From the NCBI GenBank assembly GCA_964645535.1, contig CAZYCQ010000031.1, positions 1 to 41,142 of the forward strand: a stretch of 41,142 nt of DNA. Reading direction: 5' to 3'. This DNA is from an uncultured archaeon (GTDB taxonomy: Archaea; Asgardarchaeota; Heimdallarchaeia; Heimdallarchaeales; Kariarchaeaceae). Under the pieces are notes generated by a model, which saw nothing but the letters and a program-made list of their open reading frames with translations, made no database searches and was not told the origin of the DNA. The translations under genes and the position numbers were made by a program. Shown here piece by piece: positions 28,452 through 38,800 of the stretch; within the stretch, counting starts at the first letter, position 1; each line of letters starts with the position of its first letter.

Positions 28452-29240
28452 GTGGATTATCAAACTTGGTTATTTGATGGGGACGGGGTACTTTATGTTG
28501 ATGGTAAGGTTCAACCTGATGCCCCAGATTTCATACGAACGTTAAGATCTTTCAAGTTAAACTATGCATTGGTCAGCAACAATTCCACTAAAACCTTGAA
28601 TCAATACTTAATGATGCTTCAATCCATGAATCTTCCTTTCAGGAAAGAGCAAATTTTTACATCTGCATATGTGTCTCCCAGATTTCTTAAAGGTGAATCC
28701 GTATATATCATAGGGGAAGAAGGAATATTCGATGCATGTTCAGAAGCAGGATTCAAGATCAAAAACAGCACACCCAATGAACCCGTAGATAATGTAATTG
28801 TAGGCATGGATCGAAATTTCAATTACACAAAGATGACCTATGCCATGAGACATATCATGAATGGAAGTCACTTTGTAGGTACAAATCCCGATGTTAATTT
28901 TCCTGCACGAGATGGTTTTACTCCTGGTGCAGGGACAATGATTGCTGCCCTCGAAACAGCAAGTGAAAGAAAGGTAAACATAATCGTGGGGAAACCACAA
29001 AAATATCTGTTTGAAACTGCATTGAAAGGGACTCCAAAGGAAAACACAATCATGGTTGGCGATCGATTTGAAACAGACATTCTAGGAGCACATAACTTTG
29101 GCATAGACACAGTTCTGGTTCGTACCGGAATTGGATCAAGATACAGCTCGCAACAAATAGAACAATTCAGGAAAGAATTCGGCTGTCCAAGATATGTTGT
29201 CAATAACCTGAACGAATTGAGAAAAGAGTTTATATCTTGA
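28452..29240 (+). CDS. HAD-IIA family hydrolase (NagD-like)
   Basis: FDGDGVL, SNNS, TNPD, GKP and MVGDRFETDI motifs. Confidence 0.92.
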   Translation: MDYQTWLFDGDGVLYVDGKVQPDAPDFIRTLRSFKLNYALVSNNSTKTLNQYLMMLQSMNLPFRKEQIFTSAYVSPRFLKGESVYIIGEEGIFDACSEAGFKIKNSTPNEPVDNVIVGMDRNFNYTKMTYAMRHIMNGSHFVGTNPDVNFPARDGFTPGAGTMIAALETASERKVNIIVGKPQKYLFETALKGTPKENTIMVGDRFETDILGAHNFGIDTVLVRTGIGSRYSSQQIEQFRKEFGCPRYVVNNLNELRKEFIS

Positions 29241-29286
29241 AAAACTAAGAGAAGTATATTTAGAGGAGTTTGTTAGAATAGCTTTT

Positions 29287-30795
29287 TTGTATTGGAAAAT
29301 TGATCGGACTGAAAATCGTTCCATCTTCGTTGCAACAACCCTAGTTGCATTTACGGTCGTCATTCTCATGCAGGAGATTCTGATCCCATTGTTTGATAGA
29401 ACCGGTTCACAAAATCTAGCTATTATCGGCATTCTATTGGCAATCATGATCACCCCATTTTTCTGGCAGGGAATTGAAAGAACTTGGAAGAGTTTTCGGG
29501 ATCAAGCACGAATTATTTTCATTTTTCAACTTGTAGCATTTATCATCTATATTTTGTTATTAAGGGAAAACAGCTCAGACGGATTTTTTGGTTTTCTGAT
29601 ATTCATTGGATACAATAACCTTGTTTTGGGTATGAATTTGTTGGGAAAGATTCGATATACACTTGGAATTATGGATGATGAAAGACCAATTTACAAAGGA
29701 TTCGTTGCTGTTCTCATTTTTTGGTCAGGATATAATGGACTTGGTTTGGTCTTTCCATTTTTGAACAGCAAAATCCTGATTTTTCAAATTTTCATCATTT
29801 TGCAATTGCTGGGATGGGTTTTTCTGACAAAAGACCTAGAAAGAAAAGAAATAATATTCAATTTAAGAACAGGATCGAAATCATTTGATTTCTCGAAATT
29901 TGCCATTATTCTCTTTGTATCATACTTCTTCATATTTGGAATCAATTCAACAACTTTGATCTATACATTAAAACAAGTTCCGAACCCAATTTATCTTTTC
30001 ACTTTTGCAAATATTGTTGCAGGAATCTTAATAATAATGATTAATTTACGTATCCTACGTCCTGCCAACTGGTTTTTTCTTACAATAAGCCTTCAATTAT
30101 TCCTTCTTTCCCTTGTGAGCTTTTTCTTTTTTGATCAGAACATTACGGCATTTTTTTCGATAGTTTCCCAAATTCTGCTCATTGTCTTTGGATTAATGGA
30201 GTTTCAAGTCCACAATCAAAATTCCTTGAAAAAACCTAACCTGGTTTTCTCTCTAAGCTTAGCCGGAATTTTTCTGGGTCCAGCAATTTTTGCTTTGAGT
30301 GAAATGGATCATTCAACAGTCAATATTGGAGGTTTCATAATCTATATCGTTTCAATGATTTCCTTGATTGGATCATTGAAAAGATACAAGGAAAACATTT
30401 CCAGAATTGACATCAAATCAAACAAGTTTCCCGATGATAAGCTTATGTTCAATCTTGAAAATCCGGATTTGTTGCCTGAAAAGGATAAGGAACTTTCTGA
30501 AATCATGGATACATTGCAACAAGATGTAAAAGGCTATGTGAAACGGGATGACGAGAAAAACGCCATCCTCTATAAAGCTGAAGATTTGGAATTACGCATT
30601 CACCTGAAAAAATTCCACAAACATCATGACAAACTCATTCAGCAATTGATTGCAACCATTCAACAATTTGAAAAAGACAACACTGCCCAAGGAAATACAT
30701 TTTTCCATCCAGAAGAAATCGAAGCCTTGAAAAACAGAATAAAGGACGATATTGCCAAACTTAGCTACGGAAAAGGTCCCCGATTTATTATCTAA
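29287..30795 (+). CDS. Hypothetical polytopic membrane protein with soluble C-terminal domain
   Basis: About 11-12 hydrophobic segments over the first ~365 aa, then a charged helical ~135-aa tail. Confidence 0.7.
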   Translation: MYWKIDRTENRSIFVATTLVAFTVVILMQEILIPLFDRTGSQNLAIIGILLAIMITPFFWQGIERTWKSFRDQARIIFIFQLVAFIIYILLLRENSSDGFFGFLIFIGYNNLVLGMNLLGKIRYTLGIMDDERPIYKGFVAVLIFWSGYNGLGLVFPFLNSKILIFQIFIILQLLGWVFLTKDLERKEIIFNLRTGSKSFDFSKFAIILFVSYFFIFGINSTTLIYTLKQVPNPIYLFTFANIVAGILIIMINLRILRPANWFFLTISLQLFLLSLVSFFFFDQNITAFFSIVSQILLIVFGLMEFQVHNQNSLKKPNLVFSLSLAGIFLGPAIFALSEMDHSTVNIGGFIIYIVSMISLIGSLKRYKENISRIDIKSNKFPDDKLMFNLENPDLLPEKDKELSEIMDTLQQDVKGYVKRDDEKNAILYKAEDLELRIHLKKFHKHHDKLIQQLIATIQQFEKDNTAQGNTFFHPEEIEALKNRIKDDIAKLSYGKGPRFII

Positions 30796-31226
30796 TGAAA
30801 GCATTTTTTGTCTTGCCTGAACTCCCCAATTTCCACAACCCTGAAATTTCCAGTCTCCGAATCATAGAAAAAGGTACGTTCAACTTCTCCATGTCGGAAA
30901 AGATGATAATAATTTCCATTCTTGTAGATTTCAATTCCAAATCCACTGATACTCTGCAGTTCTATCAATTCCTGAATGGTCATTTTTGGGGAAAGCTTGA
31001 TGGCTCCAAAGAAATATGTATCCTCAAGCAGTTTTGGAAGAAGAAATGGTCCATCCTTCAATAATGAACTAGTCTTCATTGAATGAAGGATTTCTGTCAA
31101 ATCTTGGCCAATCACTAATAATATTTCAATCAGTCCACTATTTAAATTGAGACGGGCATTTTGTAGGGAGACACCATTGCGAAAGTATTCCAGTGTAGTG
31201 AAAATTTCAGTGTGTGTTGAAAACAA
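30792..31226 (-). CDS. Hypothetical protein
   Basis: 144-aa ORF filling the gap, with a 4-bp convergent overlap; no recognisable motif. Confidence 0.45.
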   Translation of the reverse strand: MFSTHTEIFTTLEYFRNGVSLQNARLNLNSGLIEILLVIGQDLTEILHSMKTSSLLKDGPFLLPKLLEDTYFFGAIKLSPKMTIQELIELQSISGFGIEIYKNGNYYHLFRHGEVERTFFYDSETGNFRVVEIGEFRQDKKCFH

Positions 31227-31352
31227 AAAACATTTTACATTCAGTCATTCGAATCCCGTACCTGCTCAATTTTATCTGGTTTTTTTCGCTTTTTTGTACT
31301 TCCGTATTTCCTGTTCAACAAAAGGTAAATAGGAACTTCCAGATTTTGCATT

Positions 31353-32477
31353 ATGGAACCTGTCATTGAACTTATGCAAAATCTGGTGCAAACAGATACA
31401 ACCGTCGGTCATTCAGAAGATGGGGCAAGGATTCTCAAGGAATTTTTTGGTGACAATGGAATTTCTGCTCAATTGGACAATTATGAAAAAGGAGAAGCAA
31501 ATGTCATTGCATCGATCGGACCAAAGGAAGCACCTTCAATAATCATTTCAGGTCATATTGATACAGTTCCGTTCGGAAACATCGAAGATTGGAAATACCA
31601 TCCACTTTCCGGAAAAATCGTTGAAGGAAACATGTGGGGCAGAGGTACTGTTGACATGAAAGGAGGTACTTCAGCTCTTGCTCAGGCTCTTGTTGATTTG
31701 GTGAACGTGGAAGATCAATTGCAATACAGGATAGTTTTTGCCGGAACTGCACAAGAAGAAGTTGGTTTACTTGGTGCCAAGGTTCTAGAGCGCCAAGGGA
31801 TAATGAAGGATGCAACCCACCTCATCATAGGAGAACCGACAGATCTTGAACCCAAATCATTCGAAAAGGGAATCATCTGGTTTGACATCATTGCCATTGG
31901 GAAACAGGCACATGCATCAAGACCGGATCTTGGAAACAATGCCATTGAGGCTTTGGGACGATTGATGCCGAAACTCAAGAAGATTCTTCCAGATCATTCC
32001 ATTCCTGAAGTTGGAAAGACCACAATCAATTTTGGCAAGATTTCCGGAGGAACAGCATACAATGTTGTTGCTGAAGAGGCAAGACTGTCATGCGACATCA
32101 GAACCACTCCAGGAGTTGACAATCAGGAAGTTATCGATAGGGTGAAACAACTGCTTTCTTCAATGGATGACGGAATTGATTACAGATTTGAATTTGTTCA
32201 AGAGGATAGGGCAGTTCAAAGCCAGACCAAGGATTTTCCCCTGATGGTTAAGAAAGTAACCGAGGAAATTAGAGGAACTCAGGTTGAAATTGGAGGAACA
32301 TATTATGCAACTGATGCTGCTGCCTTCATGGCAAACAAGGACTTGCCAATGGTCATTTTCGGACCGGGTTCAACAAAATTGCTTCACCAAAGAAATGAAC
32401 ATTGCCCTATTGAACAAGTTCTACAAGCTCGAAAGATCTATACCCAAATACTCCGGAATCTGAATGATCTTAGCTGA
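31353..32477 (+). CDS. M20 family metallo-hydrolase (ArgE/DapE-like)
   Basis: SGHIDTVP, GRGTVDMKGG, QEEVG, IGEPT, GKQAHAS, TDA, GPG...H motifs. Confidence 0.92.
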   Translation: MEPVIELMQNLVQTDTTVGHSEDGARILKEFFGDNGISAQLDNYEKGEANVIASIGPKEAPSIIISGHIDTVPFGNIEDWKYHPLSGKIVEGNMWGRGTVDMKGGTSALAQALVDLVNVEDQLQYRIVFAGTAQEEVGLLGAKVLERQGIMKDATHLIIGEPTDLEPKSFEKGIIWFDIIAIGKQAHASRPDLGNNAIEALGRLMPKLKKILPDHSIPEVGKTTINFGKISGGTAYNVVAEEARLSCDIRTTPGVDNQEVIDRVKQLLSSMDDGIDYRFEFVQEDRAVQSQTKDFPLMVKKVTEEIRGTQVEIGGTYYATDAAAFMANKDLPMVIFGPGSTKLLHQRNEHCPIEQVLQARKIYTQILRNLNDLS

Positions 32478-33078
32478 AAATCTCATTTTCTATTTCTGAT
32501 GTATTTATCATGAGTAATCCAGTTTCCGTTGCACTGACAATGGCATTTCCATTGTCACTTCCAAATGTAATGATCAAGACCCTGTCAGGATCGGTTGATT
32601 TTGGTTTCGGACTTACATTGGCTATTGAGCCATCATTGGGGAAAATCCATCTGTCATTGCCATTGATTAGAATTAACGCACCTGTGGCACCAGATCTAAT
32701 TGCACTGTCTCTTTCGAAAATCCCTCCAACCATATTCAGATCAAGGGTCGGATCTCGTATGGCAACAATTGCATGATGATCATCCAAACGGTATTCATCT
32801 GGGATGGAATATTTTGGTTGAAGATAGACCTTAAGTTTCTTTTCAATTTGGTGAAGCAGGTCCATACCTTTGCTTGTCAGAGTAGTGCCTCTTCTTCCAG
32901 ACGATTTTCCAGGCGGTCTTACAATATCCATATCGGCAAATTCCATAAAAATTCTTCTGATTTTTGCTTTGGTTGTACCGATGCGTTCAGCCAAGGTGTA
33001 TCTCCCAATGGATCCTTCACCTAGATAAGTGAGAGCAAGAACATAATATGACAAGGGAATCTTTTCAGCCTTCACCAA
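32470..33078 (-). CDS. Winged-helix protein, DUF4443-like
   Basis: IGRYTLAERIG...RRGTTLTSKG wHTH and ERDSAIRSGATGA motif. Confidence 0.7.
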   Translation of the reverse strand: MVKAEKIPLSYYVLALTYLGEGSIGRYTLAERIGTTKAKIRRIFMEFADMDIVRPPGKSSGRRGTTLTSKGMDLLHQIEKKLKVYLQPKYSIPDEYRLDDHHAIVAIRDPTLDLNMVGGIFERDSAIRSGATGALILINGNDRWIFPNDGSIANVSPKPKSTDPDRVLIITFGSDNGNAIVSATETGLLMINTSEIENEIFS

Positions 33079-33182
33079 AATCTCATCAAAATCTAAGTTT
33101 TAGTGTTTTCGGACGGATTTATTTCAAAACCACAATTTTCCTCTTGCATAATGTATTTGAGCTTGAGTACTACAATCCATTG

Positions 33183-34238
33183 ATGGCAGACAAAATTAGG
33201 ATAGGTATCATCGGTACTGGTTTCGGTGCCAAAGTTCATGCCCCTGCAATGATCTACCACGACAATTTCGAAGTTGTTGCAATAGCGGGGAGAAATCCCG
33301 AAAAGACAGAGAAAATTGCCAAGGATTTGGAAATTCCCCATTTCTATACCGATTGGCGAACAATGCTCAAGGATGAAACATTTGATGCAGTCAGTGTATC
33401 CACACCTCCTTATCTCCACTTCACGATGGCAAAGGCGGTACTTGAAAACAATTTTCACCTTCTTTTGGAGAAGCCAACAACTGAAACCGCTCTTGAGGCC
33501 AAAAAACTCGTAAGATTGGCAGAGGAAAACTCATTGGTGGGAATGATGTGCCATGAGTTCCGTTATCTTCCCCATTTTCATTTCTCACATGATCTGATCA
33601 ACCAAGGAAAAATCGGAACTATCAGGGAAATTTATATGCAGACGTTTTTTGGATCCTTCTCTAATGTTTCAAGATTGCAGGGTCATTGGTTGCTTGACAG
33701 CAAATATGAAGGAGGAATGCTTGGTGCCATCGGTTCTCATATGATCGACCGCATTCGATTTTTGACAGGAAAAGAATTCAAGGAAGTTGCGGGTCGAGTC
33801 ACAAGAAAGATTCAAATTCCGGGATTTTCTTCTGATGACGGATTCAGTGCCGTCTTGAAAATGGAGGATGAAATAATCGTCAATATGGCGGTAAGTGCTA
33901 CAGTTTCACCTCCCCCACCCTCTACCCTAATCATTGGGGGCTCAGAAGGAACATTGCTGATTTCAAACAGAGACGTCATGTTTGCGGGTTCGGAAGACCA
34001 GACTTATGACAAGCTTGACATTCCCACCTCCTATTCGATGGACATGAATCTTGCAGAAAAAGATCAAAGAATTCCTCCGTTCCTCAAGCTTCTTGATCGC
34101 TTTGCCAATGCTATTGAAACAGGTGAAATGAAAACGCCGTCACTACATGATGGATGGTTGAATCAAGTAACCCTTGACGGAATCAAATCAAGTCAAAAAA
34201 CCAACAATTTCATCAAGCTTGATTCAAGCCTGTATTGA
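33183..34238 (+). CDS. Gfo/Idh/MocA family oxidoreductase
   Basis: GIIGTGFG, STPPYLH, LLEKP and GGMLGAIGSHMID motifs. Start set at ATG 33183. Confidence 0.92.
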   Translation: MADKIRIGIIGTGFGAKVHAPAMIYHDNFEVVAIAGRNPEKTEKIAKDLEIPHFYTDWRTMLKDETFDAVSVSTPPYLHFTMAKAVLENNFHLLLEKPTTETALEAKKLVRLAEENSLVGMMCHEFRYLPHFHFSHDLINQGKIGTIREIYMQTFFGSFSNVSRLQGHWLLDSKYEGGMLGAIGSHMIDRIRFLTGKEFKEVAGRVTRKIQIPGFSSDDGFSAVLKMEDEIIVNMAVSATVSPPPPSTLIIGGSEGTLLISNRDVMFAGSEDQTYDKLDIPTSYSMDMNLAEKDQRIPPFLKLLDRFANAIETGEMKTPSLHDGWLNQVTLDGIKSSQKTNNFIKLDSSLY

Positions 34239-34301
34239 ATTTTTCCACTTTTCCCATGTGGCAACAACATACAATTAAACCCACCAACGATTGATGATTT
34301 G

Positions 34302-35384
34302 ATGGCTGAAGATAGCGGAATGGTGATCCGCAACCGTAAGGAAGACCATGTGAATCTGGCTCTCACGGAAAATGTAACGGTTTCCGGTGTCACCAACGGT
34401 TTTGAAGATTTTGAATTTGTTCCTACAGCGATTCCAGACATTGATTTTGATGAAATCACAACAGAAGTAAATTTTCTCGGATCTACCTTCAATGCACCAA
34501 TAATGGTGGCAGGAATGACAGGAGGATATCCAAAGGCCAAAGACCTAAACACCAGACTTGCAGAGATCTGTGCCAAATTAGGAATCCCGATGGGGGTCGG
34601 TAGCCAGAGAGCCATGCTAGTAAGACCTGAAACAATAGATACTTTTGCCGTCAAAAAAACAGTTCCGGATGTATTTCTTGTTGGAAATCTCGGATTAGTT
34701 CAATTTAGCTATGATTTCACAATTGACCATTATCATCAGGCTGCAGAACTGATTGAGGCAAATGCAATGGCAATCCATGTCAATTCCTTTCAGGAATTGT
34801 GTCAACCTGAGGGAGATCTGAATTGGAAAGGCTCATGGGACAATCTCCGGAAGATTTGCAAGGAATCCAAAGTTCCAGTCATTGCCAAAGAAGTGGGAAC
34901 TGGCATTGCATTTGATGAAGCTCAACGGTTAAAAGAAATCGGATGCGATGCAATAGATGTAGGAGGCGCCGGAGGAACCAGTTGGCCTAAACTTGAACTG
35001 TTCCGAAACCAAAAGGATGATGCACTCTCGTTGACCGATGAAACTCTCAAATGGGGCATACCCACAGCCTTTGCTACATGGGAAGCGACTAGAGTCCCTG
35101 AAATAGAAATTATTGCAACAGGAGGAATGTATCATGGGTTGATGGCGGCAAAAGCCTTGGCAATGGGGGCAAAAATGGTGGGAATTGCTCGTCCGGTTCT
35201 CAAGGCATTGGTCGATTACGGTTCGGAAGGTGCTGAAAAATGGTTGCGACACTATATTTTGAACATCAAAAGAGTCATGTTTCTGTTGGGAGTAGACAGC
35301 GTTGAAACCCTCCGAAAGCAGAGAGCAAAGCTCATTCCCCTCAGAAAAGCAAGAGAATGGCTAACCTACAGGAACATGCTTTGA
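34302..35384 (+). CDS. fni: Type 2 isopentenyl-diphosphate delta-isomerase (FMN-dependent)
   Basis: RKEDH, GMTGG, GVGSQR, QPEGD, KEVGTG, GGAGGTSW and WGIPT motifs. Confidence 0.95.
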   Translation: MAEDSGMVIRNRKEDHVNLALTENVTVSGVTNGFEDFEFVPTAIPDIDFDEITTEVNFLGSTFNAPIMVAGMTGGYPKAKDLNTRLAEICAKLGIPMGVGSQRAMLVRPETIDTFAVKKTVPDVFLVGNLGLVQFSYDFTIDHYHQAAELIEANAMAIHVNSFQELCQPEGDLNWKGSWDNLRKICKESKVPVIAKEVGTGIAFDEAQRLKEIGCDAIDVGGAGGTSWPKLELFRNQKDDALSLTDETLKWGIPTAFATWEATRVPEIEIIATGGMYHGLMAAKALAMGAKMVGIARPVLKALVDYGSEGAEKWLRHYILNIKRVMFLLGVDSVETLRKQRAKLIPLRKAREWLTYRNML

Positions 35385-35420
35385 ATTAAGTATTAATACA
35401 ACTTCTTCCAAATACACCAT

Positions 35421-35768
35421 ATGGAAAATCAGAAAGAAAGATTGGAAAAGCTGAAGAAGAAAATGGAAACTGCAAAAACCATTGTTGAGCAATTGCAGGA
35501 AGTGGCGGAAATAGATGGAGAATTAACTGTTGAGGAAACAAGACTGATCAACAGCATTGCCATGAATGTCAACGAATTCTACAATCTTGTTGAAGCTGCC
35601 ATGGCCGACAATACCATTACTGATGAAGAATTAGAAGAAATACATGTGTATGAAAAACGAATCATTCAAGAAGCAAGTTCAGAAGCATTCAAGGATGGCA
35701 AAATTTCACCGGAAGAACGTGCACTTTTGACTAAACTCATTTTTATCATGGAAACAATGGAAGAATAA
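35421..35768 (+). CDS. Small acidic helical protein with three TerB/EF-hand-like loops
   Basis: AEIDGELTVEE, AMADNTITDEE, AFKDGKISPEE. Confidence 0.75.
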   Translation: MENQKERLEKLKKKMETAKTIVEQLQEVAEIDGELTVEETRLINSIAMNVNEFYNLVEAAMADNTITDEELEEIHVYEKRIIQEASSEAFKDGKISPEERALLTKLIFIMETMEE

Positions 35769-35825
35769 GAAATTTGGTTTTTCACTCGAAGAGTAAATTT
35801 ATATCTCCTTCAGAAAAACTGAATT

Positions 35826-38800
35826 ATGCACCAAATGGTGAAAAAAGGAAATATTTGCCTATTTTTAGGAGTATTACTTATTGGCAGCTTGTTTTTCTTT
35901 ACATCCACAAGTCTGGTCAATGTAAATGCATCTCCCAAAATATTGCAGGAAGATCATTTTATATCTCCAGACTGGGATCAAACCAATCAGCAAATTCAAA
36001 CGCAGTTGAAACAAGCAGTTGAAAAACAAGATGCTTGGAAGAATCTAATCGAAAACTATGGATCCGGAAAGATTCAAGATCGGTACCTGATATTTGCAGC
36101 CAATGAACGAGAATTGGAAATGCTTCAGATGTTGCAGGTGGATACCCTCTATCCAAATCTCAGAGCTGCAAAGGTTTTCCTTTCTCCAGAAGAAGCCTCT
36201 CTTGCAAGAACTGTATTCACAAGAGGGGTCTTCAATGCAGAGGCCGTGGAAAATACTATCATGTACACACAGGCATACCGGCAGGTAGAGGTTCCACCCA
36301 CCTTCAGAACCAATGCCTATGAAGATGCCGACCTGATGAATGTTGTTCCACTTTGGGAAATGGGATACAATGGCACTGGCGTTTTGGTCGGTGTTGTTGA
36401 CAATGGTGTTAACTTTGATCATCCAGCACTTGCTCACGCATTCCACTCCTATGAAGTTTTTGCCCCGCCAGAATATCCGGGAACTAAAGGTCATGGAACC
36501 CCTGTTGCCGGAACCATTGCAGCAGACGGAACAGGTGCAGAACCCAATGCCACTGTTGGACTTGGTACTGCATTTGGTGCAAAAATTGCAGCCGCAGAAT
36601 TGGGAAGTATAGGAACAAATGGAGTCATTGGTGACTTTGTCGGTGCATTTGATTACATGATTGGATTGGGAGAAGTGGATGTAATCAATTTCTCAATTGG
36701 AGGTCCTATCAATTGGCTCGAACCAGTTCTTATCAGAATGGAGGAAGCAAACATTGTTTTTGTAACCTCCGCTGGAAACAGTGGAACTGGTGGCTCAGCA
36801 GTTTTGGATCCTTATACCGTAGGTGGTCCAGGTTCCAGCAATCATGCAATTGCCGTAGGAGCAACCACCCATTCACTGACTCTTGCCAGTTTTTCATCTG
36901 AGGGACCGGGAGACCTTGGCGTTCAGAAACCAGATGTAGTTGCACCAGGAGTGAATATTTACTCAACTTCTGCAAGCGGTGGATGGAACTTGAACAGTGG
37001 AACCTCATTTTCCTCACCACTTACCGCAGGTGCCATAGCTACCGTCATTTCCGGATTGGAAGCAAATGGCGTCAATTGGACAGTTGGTGTAATCAAGGCA
37101 GCATTGAGAAAAACTGCAACTGACATTGGTCTTCGAACAACACAACAAGGCGAAGGATTTGTCAATGCAAAAGCAATGTTTGACTATCTTATGTCTCTTC
37201 CAAGAGATGCCAATGGAGTACCGAAAGCCTTTGATGTGGGACCAAAAGAAGGTCCTTTAACAACCTACACAAAGATTCCTCTCGATGTTGTCACATCAGT
37301 TCCCCTTCTCGCCTATACATCATTCATAGATGAGATAAACTTCACATTGAGCGGAAATGTTACGCAATTCCTAACTTTGGACATCCCTTCACCAACCGAT
37401 GAAGGTTCCTACAAGATTTGGTTGAACGCGGATACATTGAACAACAATATCACAGAAGGGACATATGTTGGCACCCTTTATGCAACTCTTGAAAATGATA
37501 CCATTACCATACCCTTGGAATTCACTATTCTTCCACCACCTAAAGGAAGAATCTACATTGACAATTACTATACCGTTTTTGATGAATATGAGGCAATTGG
37601 TCAGTCCTCATTGTTCATGGGAACCGCAATCTCCAACTTAATTCTTGATGGCTTTTGGGTTCAAGAATTCAATGTCCCATTCAATGCAACAACTGCCAGC
37701 AATTTTGATGTGGTCTGGTTCTTCAGCCCATTTGGTGATGATGCAGGTTCTGGCTTCTTTTCTGGAACTTTGGATCAAACAGCAATTAATGAATACCAAT
37801 CCTACATCAATGGTGGAGGATCAGTATTTATCACTCTTCTCTCACCCAAAGAACCAGATGAATTGGAATATGATGGAACCGATGAAGACGTTGCGTCTGT
37901 CAATTCCTTAATTGAACCCTTTGGTATTACAATGCCTTCAACCATTGACGATGATGCAGCAGATGTACAACGAACTGCAAATATTGTAGATGGAAACAGA
38001 ACCATCTTGGGAAGACATGCTACTGAAATCTCCACGAAAGGATTTCCATTGACACTTAGTGGAAATGCACGACCGATAGCAGCAGATGAAGACGGCAATG
38101 TCATCATTGCAGCCAACAGTGCACCAGGAAGAGGTAGAGTAGTTGTCACAAGCAGTAATGATTGGTTCAGTTCAGAATACCTATCAAGCTCAAACAAAGC
38201 ACCAAACGCGGTGGATTTTGTCAAAGACTTGTTCGACTACCTTGTTCTGGATGCACAGGTGGAACTAATATCTGAGACCAATACACATGACTTGCTCGAT
38301 GTTACTGTCCAAGTCTTCGAGAATAATACCCCAGTTTCAAGTCAACCCTCAATCAAGATTCTGGACAATGATTTGGTCAGTGGAATCACACCGAATGTAA
38401 CTGATCTAGGGAATGGTACCTTCAGAATAGTGGTTGAATTCACTGTTGAAGGAATTTATACACTTCAAATTGCATTAGGAAATGAATACCTTGTAATACG
38501 GGGAATGAAAGATGTAACCGGTCCTGAAATCACAACTCAAAGAGCACAGGATCTGAACTTTTCAAGACAAACCTCAATCATTCTTTATAGGTTCAGTGTC
38601 CAAGATCCCCTTTCAGGAGTTGATCTCAACTCTATTGAGGTTACCATTGACAACATGACCAATGGGTTCACCGTTTCCATCGACGACAAAACCAACCAAG
38701 TTTTTGTAACCTTCTCTGCATCAATTGTTGATTTGTCACTACCTGAACACCATCTTGTGGTCAGAGCGAAGGATCTGTATGGCAATCTCTCAGAACTTGA

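Noticed and set aside
33048-33182. 45-aa N-terminal extension of the oxidoreductase
   Set aside because: It overlaps the divergent gene, and the Rossmann fold begins at ATG 33183.
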